Source: Eledone cirrhosa (Eukaryota). Taken from it: 64,000 nucleotides of DNA. The DNA lies in the NCBI GenBank assembly GCA_964016885.1, contig OZ024741.1, forward strand, positions 189,038,001 to 189,102,000, written 5' to 3'. Each line of letters begins with the position of its first letter. The stretch's first letter is position 1. The translations under genes were made by a program, and so were the position numbers. Positions 52,455 to 64,000 of the stretch are shown here, piece by piece. The notes under the pieces are model-generated. The model ran no database searches and was not told the DNA's origin. It was given only the letters and a program-made list of their open reading frames with translations.

Positions 52455-53965
52455 CAAAGTCTGGCCGAAGTGTGTCTGCGCGAAGGCTGGTCCGTACTGC
52501 ACATGCGCGAAGGCTGGTCCGTACTGCACATGCGCGAAGGCTGGTCCGTACTGTGCATGCACGAAGGCTGGTCCGAAGTGCACATGCATAAAGGCTGCAA
52601 TGTATTGCGCACGCGCGAAGGCTGGTCCATACTGCACGTGCGCAAACTTTGGTCCGAAGTGCGCATGCGCGAAGTCTGGTCTGAAGTGCGAATGCGGGAC
52701 TGTACTGCACATGCACAAAGGCTAAACCGTACTACGCATGCGTGAAGGCTGGTCCATACTGCCAATGCGCAAAGGCTGGTCTGTAGAGCGCATGCGTGAC
52801 GACTGGTCAGTACTGTGCATGTGCAAGGCTGGCCCGAAGTACGCATGCACAAAGTCTGGTCCAAATATGCATGCGCAAAGGCTGGTCCGTACTGCGCATG
52901 TGCGAAGGCTGGTCCGTACTGCGCATGCGCGAAGGCTGGTCTGTACTGCGCATGCACGAAGGCTTCTCCGTGCTGCGCATGCGCGAAGTATGGTCTGAAG
53001 TGCCCATGCGCAAAGGCTGGTCTGTACTGCGCATGTGCGAAGTCTGGTCCGAAGTGCACATGGGCGAAGTCTGGTCCATACGTGCATGCGCAAAGGCTCG
53101 TCCGTACTGCGCATGTGTGAAGGGTGGTCCATACTGCGCATGTGCAAAGGCTGGTCTGAAGTGTGCATGCATGATGGCTGGTCCATACTGCGCATGCATG
53201 ATAGCAGGTCTGTACTGCGCATGCGTGAAGGCTTGTCGGAACTGCGCATGTGCAAAGTCTGGTCCAAATGTGCATGCCAAAGGGTGGTCCATACTGGACA
53301 TGTGCAAAGGCTGGTCCGTACTGTGCATGCACAAATGCTGGTCCAAAATATGCATGTGGCAAGTCTGGTCCGTACTGTCCATATGCAAAGGCTGGTCCGA
53401 AGTGCAGATGCACGATGGCTGGTCCATACTGTGCATGCGTGAAAGCTGTTCTGTACTGCGCATGTGCAAAGGCTGCTACATACTCTGCAGACGGGAAGTT
53501 TGGTCCGTACTGCCTGCGCGAAGGCTAGTCCATACTGCGCATGCGTGAAGGCTGGTCCGAAGTGCGCATGCGCAAAGGCTGGTCCATACTGCGCATGGGC
53601 GAAGGGTGGTCCGAACTGTGCATGCGTGAAGGCTGGTTCATACTGCACATGCACGAAGGGTGGTCCGTACTGCGTATGCATGAATGCTGGCCCAAAGTGC
53701 GCATGCACAAAGGCTGGTCCGTATTGCACATGCACGATGGCTGGTCTGTACTGTGCATGTGCAAATGTTGGTCTAAAATACGCATACGTGAAGGCTGGTC
53801 CGTACTGTGCATGTGTGAAAGCTGGTCCATACTGCGCATGCACGAAGGGTGGTCTTTACTGCGCATGCGTGAAGGCTGGTCCATACTGTGCATGCGCTAA
53901 GGCTGGTACATACTGCGCAGGTGCGAAGGCTGGTCCGTACTGCGTGCATGAAGGCCGGTCCATTT
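52455..53965. repeat. GC-rich 27-bp minisatellite (~55 units)
   Basis: Consensus gaaggctggtccgtactgcgcatgcgc. Confidence 0.95.
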
Positions 53966-54599
53966 GAAAAGATAGGTGTATATCTACCAACACAATTCTT
54001 CTCACACAGTCAGATGTATGTTGCAATATCATGAGTTACAAAAAAAGAAAATATAAAAATATTAAATGAAAGGGGTCTGTTTGCTGACAACTGTGGCTAC
54101 AAAGAAATTCTACAGTGATGTGAAACAGCTATCACTCTCTTTTAGTTGAAATGCATTTCAGTTTCTTTTTAACTGCTAGAAAAGGGACACTACAAGAACT
54201 TAAGAAGTCTATATGTGAATACAGTAAAACAACAATATAGCGAAGGTCAACTCTTCATATTGGTAAATGTAATTCATTCATTCATACCAGCAGCATCTAT
54301 TTTCAAATTCACTGCTTGAAGCTTCCCATCGACATTCTCAAGTGAAGATTCATGAACATTTTCCGTCAACAGTTTCATCGCTTTTCCATCTCCATTATCC
54401 CCTTTTTTAAAAATGTATCATGGATTACTTTACTGATTACAGAAGTGTAACACAGTCTTTGTTCAGTTTATGTGCATATTGTCAATTTACGTATTATATA
54501 TATGTGCATATATATTTGTGTATATCAATATTCACACTATATATGCCAGAAGAAAACCACCCGAAGAGCAGTTCTTCTGCTAGTATTTCTAATGATATG

Positions 54600-55656
54600 T
54601 AGGAAAGGTGTAGGTAGGAACTCCATTCTCTGCCCCAAATGCAAACAATAAGTACACAAGAGATGTAGCGGGATCTCAGGAAGCTCAATTAATAATGTAG
54701 GCTTCACATGCAGCAGCTGTGCTGGGACAGCAAGCAGCAAACAGCCACAGGAAACAAGTACCACCAATCTCTGAGAGGGCTCTGTAGAAACAGTAGACAG
54801 CTTCTGCTACCTAGGTGACCGAATTAGCAGCGGAGGTGGGTGTTCAGAAAGTACAATAACTAGGGTAAGAACGGGATGGAAGAAGTTCAGGGAACTACTG
54901 CCACTGCCAGCTGCAAAAGGCTTTTCCCTCAAAATGAAAGGCAGACTGTATGATGCGTGTATACGAACAGCAATGTTACATGGTATTGAGACCTGGGCGC
55001 TGAAGGTGGAAGACTTACGTAGATTAGACAGAAACGAAGCCTGCATGCTTCGATTGATGTGTAATAGTAATATACGCGAACGGCAAAGCATAAATGAATT
55101 GAGAGAGAGACTGAGCATAAGAGGAATCAAATGCTGTGTGCAGGAGAGGCGGTTGCGTTGGTATGGACATGTGATGCGTATGAAGGACAACAGCTGCATA
55201 AAAAGGTGCAGAGCACTAGAAGTCATTGGAAACCGCGGAGTGAGGGGACCCAAGAAGACCTGGGATGACCTTACCCAATTACACCTCTCAAAGGCGATGA
55301 CACACGACCGTGACCTCTGGCGTCATGCAGTAATACAGAGTACCCGACCTCCCATGGGTACAAGCTGAAGCATATAGACAATATGCCCCCACACCCTCCC
55401 ACTGCAAAGTGGTCGTGGAGGTGCCATGGCAAAAAAAGCACCCAGCCCACACTGTAAAGTGGACGTGTAGACACCACGGAAAAAAGCACCCAGCACTCAC
55501 TGTAAATGAGGTTGGTGTTAGGAAGGGTATCCAGCTGTAGAAATCAAACCAAAATCAGTTCCTGTATAAGCAAGGCATGGTCAGCTGACCAGACACTGCC
55601 CACAACAGGACAACCCGTCTAACCCATGCTAGCATGGAAGAACGGACGTAAAACGG

Positions 55657-55690
<34 letters not shown>
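54600..55690 (+). mobile_element. RTE LINE 3' fragment plus SINE-like tail
   Basis: VDSFCYLGD, GWKKFRELLP, KGRLYDACIRTAMLHGIETW, RLRWYGHVMR. Confidence 0.85.
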
Positions 55691-56779
55691 ACACTGTCTA
55701 TTAAAATTTGTAACTGTTTTGTATACAGCTCTAATACACCACTCATTTTATCACCCAAAGCCAACGACTGAGCCCCAGTATGTCCATTAGACATGCCTAG
55801 AAATAGCAGCCAAATCCCTTTCAAATTACACTACCAACTTTATCCTTTTCATTTTTGCATTTCTATGAAATATGTTGCCTATGTGTTTCAATTAATTTTG
55901 AAAATAACCAAACATTTGAAGCAATTTAATAAAATAACAGCTTTCATTAGTAAGCTGATATTTAGAACATTACTTGACAAAATTTCTAAAATGAAATTAT
56001 GATGGAAGATTTTAATATAAGAACAAACATTTTTAAATGAGCAGTTTTGTAACATTGATCCAGGAGTGGTTAGGTATCGAAAAGATTAATGTATGGAGTA
56101 GTAAAAAGCTAACTAGAAATGAATGTGTGAAGAGACAAACACATAGATAAATAGATAGAGAGACAGACAAACAAATTACAAAGCTATTGATAACATATTG
56201 AATATGTTTGAAATGGAGGACAAGTACAACCAATTAGTATAAAGAGAATTTTCCAAAATCTTTCAATGTGTCAAAATTCAGCACATTAAAGTAAATTAAT
56301 ACCTCAAAGAATTTTTAAAATATTAAAGAAATATTACCACTGTAATTGAAATGGCTTATTAAATAGTAATTGGATGAAGAAACACAATCAAAAGCACAGA
56401 GAATTTTCCAATCCATACTAAAAATCAATGTGTTTTAATTAGAAGAGTAATATGTGAGAAGGAAAGAAAGTATAAAACTGAATAGATATTCCAGCTTTGA
56501 GAATATTAGGAATTAATGAATAAATCATATGGAAATCTGTCCTCATGTACAGAGCCAACCAAATTGGTAGGAGTATAAGAATCATTATATGTTGGGTTAT
56601 ATGGTTCACAACCATGTATTTTGGGGTTCAATTTAACTGTACAGTACCTTTAAAAAGTATCTCTCTTACCATTGCCTCATGTCAATAACATGTGTGTAAA
56701 ATTTGGTTGATGCACACATGTGCATGCATGTATGTATATTCAAGACCAGATTTAGACTTTGGGGGCTTGGGGTAGTGTG

Positions 56780-57214
56780 TGTGTGTATGAAAAGTAACTG
56801 GAAAAGCACAACAGATGATGAAGTTCAATGAAGCTATATATTAATTTTATGTTTAATATAGTTAGAAAAGTTTTAACGTTTTAAGTCCTTCATAAAAAGA
56901 TACAATGAGGAATTAAAGAAGAAATAGAAAGATAGAAGAGAGTGAGCAGGGGCAGAAATGAAAACATTTCTTCGAGAAAAAGAAGGTCTGGTCATCACCA
57001 TCTCTTAGGAAAATTTTTGATAGGAGTGTTTATGGTGTAGGAAGTTTAGTTGGTCATCTTTTGAAAGGCTGTGATCAAAGGTGTCTGTATTGTGCCAAAA
57101 AGAATATCACCCTTTTGTATTTCAGAGTGGATATGTATGTGTGTAAGTGTGTGTGTCTTTTTGTTGTTTGTTTGTACAAAGCTGTGAGGATATGTGTGTG
57201 TATACGTTTGAGTG

Positions 57215-57288
<74 letters not shown>

Positions 57289-58330
57289 CTTTGTTGTTGG
57301 TCCATACAGAATTGTGAGAGTGTATATTTCTGACCATAACAGAGCCGTCGGAAATGCATGTGAGAGTGGACGAGGTAGGAGTGACAGTGGCTAGGGGAAT
57401 AGAAGCAGGTGCAAACACATGTGTGCAAGAGTAAATACAGATTAAATAAATTTTGGAGGAGAGTAGAATCCATTAGGGAAACTGGACTCAAGGTGGAAAG
57501 TCATGTTCTGCTTAGTCCAGCTGATGCAAAAGGATACCTAGGACTGAGACATATAAAGAGGAGTGACCTGGGGAACGGAAATGATGGGCGATGGGGGTAT
57601 CCCTGCAAAGTTGTATTACTCTCAAGTATTCTGCGAATTGGTTTGCCACGTGGCAGCCTGTTTGTTCGATGTATAAGGACTTACAAAGGGTACACTGGCT
57701 GACAAAACAGGGACAGGACCCAGGTGAAGTTCTTGGGAAACAAGGGAAGGAACTGTGTACTAGTAGGTTGTGGAGATTACAGGCATGCTTAACCCTTTAG
57801 CATTTACATTACTCTATATTTATTATTGTATTTTCATGGTAAACACTTTATTTCACATAATTATCTCACATAATGTGAAATATACGAGATTTTGATATTG
57901 TTTATTTTGAGAACAATATCTTAACATCAGTATGAATGGGCAGTTACAGCCTGTTTGATCAGAAAGAGGAGAGAGAATTCTGGCCAGATATGGCTGGTTT
58001 AAATGCTAAAGGGTTAAAGGCAGTGATGAGTGGGTTGTGAAAGATTTGAGCTTCAACATAGTCAACAAACAAGTTGGCATAGTGCTGGCCCATATCTATC
58101 CAAAAAACTTGCCGATAATACTCTCCTGAAAAGGAAAAACTGTTGAAGGCAAGGACAAAATCAGCAGGGCAAAGAAGAGTGGAAATACTAGGAAGGGGGT
58201 GGGATGTAAATGTAAAATATGTTGGAGGGTGCAGAGGCCATTCTCATGAGGAATAATGATGTAAAGAAAGGTAATGTCCATTGTGAAGCTGACTTTTGAT
58301 GTCACTCTTGTTGCTATGTGGGAACAGGAG
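56780..58330 (-). mobile_element. Third, highly degenerate Penelope-like element
   Basis: RT motif FTMDITFLYIIIPHENGL (cf. xDVxSLYTNIPH) and a remnant C-terminal endonuclease region. Interrupted by (CA)n and a MITE. Confidence 0.55.
57793..58013. mobile_element. piggyBac-type MITE
   Basis: TTAA|CCCTTTAGCATTTA ... TAAATGCTAAAGGG|TTAA: perfect 14-bp TIR and TTAA TSD. Confidence 0.9.
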
Positions 58331-58339
58331 AAACTACTA

Positions 58340-59245
58340 TTTGTATAACAAGCAAGTATGTTTTATATCACAATTACAATGAGTCTTGGTCATGATGTGT
58401 TTGCACTCTCGGTTTCACCCTCAACTGTTTATCAAGTAAGAAACAGTTACCGTGAGAAGATGGCTCAGGAACCCGAGTTATCCACTTTCCCACATGAAGA
58501 CATATCTTGGCTAGTCCTCCACTGGGATGGAGAATTATTACCATTGACTTCCCAATCCAGCACACTCGAAAATTGGATTGAAGTTTTAATTACTGGAAAA
58601 GGAAAGGAGGAGCTATTAGGTGTTCCAATTGCAAGAAATGGCACCTGACAACAAACGAATTTTTTTTTAAGGAAATTCAATGACACAAAATTGAAGATAG
58701 AATATTTGGTATGTCTTTCAACTCCACCGCCAGTAACACTGGTATGCACCAAATAGCAAATACAGAAATTAAGCAGCTCTTAAAAAATACCACTTGAGAC
58801 TGGCTTGCCACCATCACATTCTTGAACTGGTTTTAAAGGAAGTCTTTGAGATCTTTTTCCTGTCATCTGTTCATGGTATCCCAATGTTCAAAAAGTTCCA
58901 GGAATGTTGGGACTCCATTGATTAGTCTCATTATCAAACTATCCAGGACAATGATGAGCCCATGGCAGATGTTTGCAAGCAAAAGAGGGAGGAGATGGTT
59001 GAATGACTACTGACTGTACTGCTTTCTGGAGATCATCTCTGAGAAGACTATGCTGAGTTCATAAAGCTCACCCTTCTCTATCCTGGTGGTTGGTCATCTC
59101 CCCAGTTTTTCTTGTCAGTCCCAGGAGCTTACCATCTGGCTCGTTGAATGACTAAGGCCATATATGAGATGAAGATAGTTCTGCTCAAAGAACAATTTAA
59201 GCTTACACCACGTGAGTCAAGAGATCTAGAAAAATTCGTTTTTGT
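58340..59245 (+). pseudogene. Degenerate DDE transposase fragment (CxxH type, hAT-related; subfamily uncertain)
   Basis: VLHWDGELLP...ELLGVP..NGT, FNSTASNTG, LACHHHILELVL, PGAYHLAR*MTKAIY. Confidence 0.7.
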
Positions 59246-60571
59246 TTATAAATTCCATTCATAAAAGTGTTTCTGTTTAATCCCAATATTATTGTGTATT
59301 TAGAACATATTCCTCTGTAGAAATCAAGCTAAAATCAATTCTGTGTGAGCAAGACATGGTCATCCGACCTTGCTTGTCTCAACAGGACAGCTCATCTAAC
59401 CTATGCTAGCATGGAAAATAGACATTAAATGGTGATGATGATGATGACATACACACAAGCATGGAAAACAGACCATAAAATAATGATGATGATGATGATA
59501 TGTGTGTGTGTCCATTGAGATAATAAAAGTATCTTTCATATCTGAGAACATTCTAGCTTCCAGAATGTTCACTTGTGTGTATATAAGAACATAATAGGAA
59601 TTCTCAGTTTCAATTTTAAATTCATGATAATTTACATAGCCACAGTTTCATGTTAGAGATTTTTGAAGATTTAAATCTTTCAATATCACCAAGGTTAACT
59701 TTGCCTTTCATCCATACGGGGTCGATAAAATAAAGTACCAGTAACATACTGGGGTCGATTTATCGACTTTCCCCTCCCCCCAAATTACTGGCCTTGTGCC
59801 TATACTAGAAATCATTATCATAATCTAATGAAAGACATTGTCTATGATTTTCAAATAATTAGGATTTTATAATATAGCTCTTTCATTGCTCAGCTGATGT
59901 TTGTAACATACTCATATCTTAATAAATGTCTTACATAGAATTATGATGGAAGATTTTTAGATAAATATAAATAATTTAAAATGAACAGTTTTGTATTGCA
60001 GAATTAGGGGCAGTCAGACAGTTAGGTACCGAAAGGTTTAAAAGAGAAAAAGCAACAAAGTTTCACAATATTTTATAATGTTTGGTATCAGTTCTTGGTG
60101 CTGTTATTGTTGTTCGTCAGTCACATCTCAACCCTGATCAAACATTATCAAAGGCATTCCAGTCATCACTTATCTTTTTATATATCTAGAACTACATTAT
60201 CCTATGTGTCCTTCTTTTATAAGATGGTAGGATGTAATTTGAAGATTTAGCTGTTATTTCTAGCTGCTTGGAGGCTCTAGCACTTAGAGGCTCCCTCATC
60301 AGTTTGGTTTCATGATAAATTTTAAAAAGAGAAGTTATACATGCATAGACCTTGTCACTTCTCTCTCTCTCTCTCTCTCCCTTTCTCTCTCATATATTTT
60401 AAGAACTTACTGAACTGAAGATTTGAAAAAAAGAAAATTAATTTGTGCTAATAATAACATTGAGTCCTGTACAATTTTCTAAATTCTTCTATTTCTATAT
60501 TCATTTTAAATATGCTTTTCTTTCTTGCTTTCTGTTTATTTTATTTTATTTTTAACTTTATTTTTTTACAG

Positions 60572-60733
60572 AGTGTGTTGAAAAAGGCTGGTGGTCTGAA
60601 CAATCCTGTAGCTTTCCTAATCACTGATACTCAAATCAAAGAGGAAAGATTCTTAGAAGATATTGACAGTCTTCTCAATACTGGAGCTGTTCCTAATCTC
60701 TTCACAGCCGAAGAGAAAGGTGAAATTTTAGAG
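60572..60733 (+). CDS. DNAH12: Dynein heavy chain, window exon 8 (AAA4)
   Basis: cag|AGT...GAG|gtttg; SVLKKAGGLNNPVAFLITDTQIKEERFLEDIDSLLNTGAVPNLFTAEEKGEILE; 162 nt. Confidence 0.95.
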
Positions 60734-60995
60734 GTTTGTTAAATATTCAGTTTTTGGTTTTTTCACCTAGGAGACATATTGAATGGAGAAGGTGTATCAG
60801 ATTTGGCCATCAATGGCTAGAGTGAGATGAATATGGAAGAAATTCCATATTCATCTGAGTAGTGTGCTATTAAGGAAGGGAGTGGCACCAAAACTGAAGT
60901 GTGAAAAGTACCATGATTTATGGAAGCAACACATAGGTGATCAACATGGAGCAGCAGAGAAAGTTGGAAAGAACTGAAGTGTGAATGTTCTAGTG

Positions 60996-62176
60996 CAGAG
61001 GTTCTCAAAGCTTTTGGGCCACCGCCCCCTCACGGCCATGTAATACCCTCAGCGCCCCCCCCCCTGCTATTTCCAGAGAGACCTGCCTACATACAAATTG
61101 TAAATAATATATAATAAATAAAATTGTCAATTTATATATAATAGATAATATAATATGTACAATGTATAAATAAATATTATATATATTTTTATTTTACTAT
61201 ATTTATATATAACTACCAGTGGTACCTGGCATTGCACGGGATAAGGTATTGTGAAATATATAACCGCCTTAGCTAAGCTTAGTATTGCCACAACCACGGC
61301 TGGCAAAGAAGTAAGGGTCTGGTGGTACGTAAGTAAGCAACACTGTGGCTTAAAACGTGAGGAAGAAGTTGTGTGCACTTACCAACTGTTTGGGGAATGA
61401 GTGTGAGATTTATCTTGAGCAAGGGTGGCTGAATAACCGGAGGCAGCAGACTGCCAGACATACAGACAGATATTATAAGGGTGCGTTCTGGACGCAGAGC
61501 GAATTATAGGAAGTGACGTAATGCAGACAGCTAGACATACAGACAGATATTATAAGGGCGCGACATTATATCTATGTATCTATCTAAAAAGAGAAAGACT
61601 AAAAATTATAGAGAGAGATCGCTAAATCGCCTAATGTGGTCCCTAGGGCAATGAAAATTTGAAATATATTTGCTCAAAACACTCCCTGAAACATAAGTAT
61701 TGCATGTGTAAAGTTTGAAAAATGTCGGTTGGGTGCTTCTCTAGTTTTAGGGATTCAAACTTACACACACACAGACAGACATCCTCAATTTTATATATAT
61801 AGATAGGTATCATTTGTGAAGGCGTGTGGCTGAGTGGTTAGAGAATCGGATTCGCAATCGTGAGATTGTGAGTTTGATTCCCTGACTGAGCGATGCATTA
61901 TGTCCTTGGGCAAGACATTTATTTCATATTACTCCTTCTACCTGGAGTTGTGACTGATAGATAGTATTAGCAATTGGAAAGACCAATGGAAACATTGTTT
62001 CCTCGGTCCGATTTGATGAAAGTCGATCAACTGTCGATGTATCATTTGATATTTAATATACTATTATATCATCTCTACCACTCCTGCACTAGCGCCTTAG
62101 GCCCCAGTGCCCTCTGGACCTTCTCAAAGACTCGGGGGGGGGGGGGGGGGGGTAGCACCCACTTTGAGAACCGCTG
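60996..62176. mobile_element. hAT (Charlie-like) non-autonomous element with nested Helitron and SINE
   Basis: CAGAGGTTCTCAAA...TTTGAGAACCGCTG; imperfect 8-bp TSD ttctagtg/ttgtagta. Confidence 0.7.
61213..61803 (-). mobile_element. Non-autonomous Helitron
   Basis: 5' A|TCTATATATATAAAA; 3' hairpin CCCGTGCAATGCCAGG then GTAG|T (mutated CTAG). Confidence 0.72.
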
Positions 62177-63299
62177 TTGTAGTAGATGAGTAAAGTAATG
62201 CTCAAAGACAAGACAAACAATGAATTGCAGAGGATGATGGCAATAGAGCCAGTGATGCATGCTGTGAAGAAATTACTAGGTCATATGCTGATGAAGGGTG
62301 ATAGTAACTGGCTTAGAGGAACTATGAGAATGAATGTGGAAGAAAGTAGAGGAAGAGGAAGACCAAGTAAGACATGGCTAAAGATGATGGAGGAGGAGAT
62401 GAAAGCCAGGGAGTTAGTGATGGTGGATGCAAAGGGCAAAATGGAGAAGCTTGTCATGAGGCCCACAAATTTAACCTCTACTTTAACAAAGAAAATTGCC
62501 TTAAAACACTTGTATAAACTGTTTCTCTTCTAGTGATACTCTCTTCAAACAACCACATTTGTAGCATTAAATTCAGTTAGGTATTTATAAAGGTATTTAT
62601 TTAAATATATTTGAATGTTAATGAGTTTCTGAAGTTTTATTATTGTTGTTGTTGTTTAGCTCCAGCTTAGCTCCGAATCAGCAGATTTATTATGAATGTT
62701 GTTCATATAATTATCCTGTCTTTTATTCAAACATACATTTAGAACTGTATTAGTGGGATTCTAAACATAGATTGGTATGTTTATCCCTCCTTTCTGAAAC
62801 AGTTTCATCGTATGTTCACCAATTGATGCAGAAGTCCTAATAAAAAGTGAAGTCGCCTTGGGTGAATAGGCAAATAATTTTCCATTAAGATATTTTAAAA
62901 GCATGTAATTGTGTTCCCTCTCTTTTTTGTGTTTGTTTTTGCTGCTGTTAGTGTGATAGCGGCCATTGGTTGTACTACTAACACAGTCTCGTCCTTCTTC
63001 AGCCAATCGTGTATATCCCTTTCTGCCTCGTCAGCAATGAGAACAATATTTGCTCTAGGGTTCTTATATATTTGATATATATTTATCCTTATCGAAGCTT
63101 GTGAAATAAATACATTTGTTTATATTTTGTTATTGTGTATGCAAAAATATCTGTACACGAATATATAATTATATATATTAAAATAACAGATTAAAGTTTA
63201 AGCAAAGAATCGCTGCTTTCACCCTTAACAGGATCTTCTGAAACTAAAAAAAATCAATCTGTGAACGCAGAAGTAAATATTTTGAAAAACGTTACACAC

Positions 63300-63337
<38 letters not shown>

Positions 63338-63377
63338 ATATACATATATACACACACACACATATAGTGTCATAATG

Positions 63378-63646
63378 TCGTAATGCAGTCAGCCAGACAT
63401 ACAGACAGATATTATAAGGGCGCGACGATATAACTGTATCTATCTAAAAAGACAGACTAAGAAAGACAGAGATCACTTTTTCGCCTAATGCGATCCCTAG
63501 GGCCTTGAAAATTTGAAATATGTTTTGCTCAAAACAGTCACATGACCATAAGTATTATATGTGTAAAGTTTGAAAAAAATCAGCTGGGTTGTTCTCGAGT
63601 TTTAGTGAGTCAGACAGACAGACATTCTCTGTTTTAGATATATAGA
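63378..63646 (-). mobile_element. 5' part of a second copy of the 61213-61803 Helitron family
   Basis: Shares cagacatacagacagatattataagggcgcgac and cgcctaatg..ccctagggc; 5' A|TCTATATAT. Confidence 0.7.
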
Positions 63647-64000
63647 TTATATATGTCTTACTTCTTCTTAGACAATAGAGTGTTATCAGCAGCAAATGCA
63701 GACTGTCTTATAGTTAGCTGTTCATTGTTTATTCTTTGTTTGTGAAAAATTAACTCTAGATGCAAATTGCAAAAGAGTTTGTCCAGCATTTATTTTTCTG
63801 CAAGTGTTTCTGTTGTTGTCCATGCCACACTACCATAGAACTGAACTGTTTCACTGCAAGCTTTGAGAATCAGCATTTTAATGTAATCACTGATAGAATT
63901 TTACATATCCTGCCTTTTAAAATAGGTATATTATTCATGTACACTCTAAGAGGTGATAAAAATGGTTGGTATCAAGAGAGTCATCCAGCTGTAAAACACT

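Larger units (their letters stand above)
50966..54583 (+). mobile_element. Non-autonomous Helitron (3.6 kb) with nested Helitron and internal 27-bp array
   Basis: A|TCTAAACTATAATAAAG ... degenerate hairpin, CTAG|T. The joined flanks rebuild a motif also present at ~50855-50885. Confidence 0.85.

Noticed and set aside
52381-53967. Long Cys/His-rich ORFs (up to 373 aa) in several frames, resembling a metallothionein or structural protein
   Set aside because: The 27-bp stop-free unit is open on both strands. Frameshifts occur freely, substitutions follow CpG decay rather than codon position, and it lies inside a Helitron.
56860-56900. Possible hammerhead at the 3' end of the third Penelope
   Set aside because: Core too degenerate (atgaagg...aaaacgtt), with no stem II.
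32619-60571. Missing dynein exons or a nested host gene in the 28-kb intron
   Set aside because: EWREDIK joins SVLKKAG in frame with the expected spacing, and all recognisable ORFs in between are TE-derived. A small or non-coding nested gene cannot be excluded by eye.
63655-63720. Candidate acceptor (cttcttcttag) for the next dynein exon
   Set aside because: Phase-0 translation is not dynein-like and soon hits a stop.

Overview
Eukaryotic, AT-rich, repeat-dense intronic DNA. The SINE/LINE repertoire suggests an octopod cephalopod (inference). The only host gene is a + strand axonemal inner-arm dynein heavy chain, most like DNAH12. Eight internal GT-AG exons (5172-60733; 1254 nt, 418 codons) splice in frame and cover AAA3 after its Walker A and most of AAA4. 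The gene extends beyond both window edges. Introns are 0.7-28 kb. They hold degenerate LINEs (Tx1/L1, several RTE-like, an RLE-type R4/Dong-like element), three Penelope-like elements, two tRNA-derived SINE families, at least six non-autonomous Helitrons, piggyBac- and hAT-type MITEs, a DDE transposase relic, and minisatellites (23, 27, 27, 28, ~20 bp). I found no new protein-coding system. The best leads are non-coding. (i) A 3.6-kb Helitron with verifiable A|T boundaries carries a same-family Helitron nested in the opposite orientation and ~55 tandem copies of a unit containing the NRF1/EWG palindrome. (ii) Two different Penelope elements carry minimal hammerhead ribozymes. (iii) SINE/LINE tail sharing and ATT-primed SINE chains are directly visible. 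(iv) An 8-kb 23-bp array with a ~3.65-kb higher-order duplication abuts a splice acceptor. (v) Inverted repeats bracket exons and could form dsRNA (A-to-I editing or back-splicing). TE coordinates are by eye and approximate unless termini are stated.
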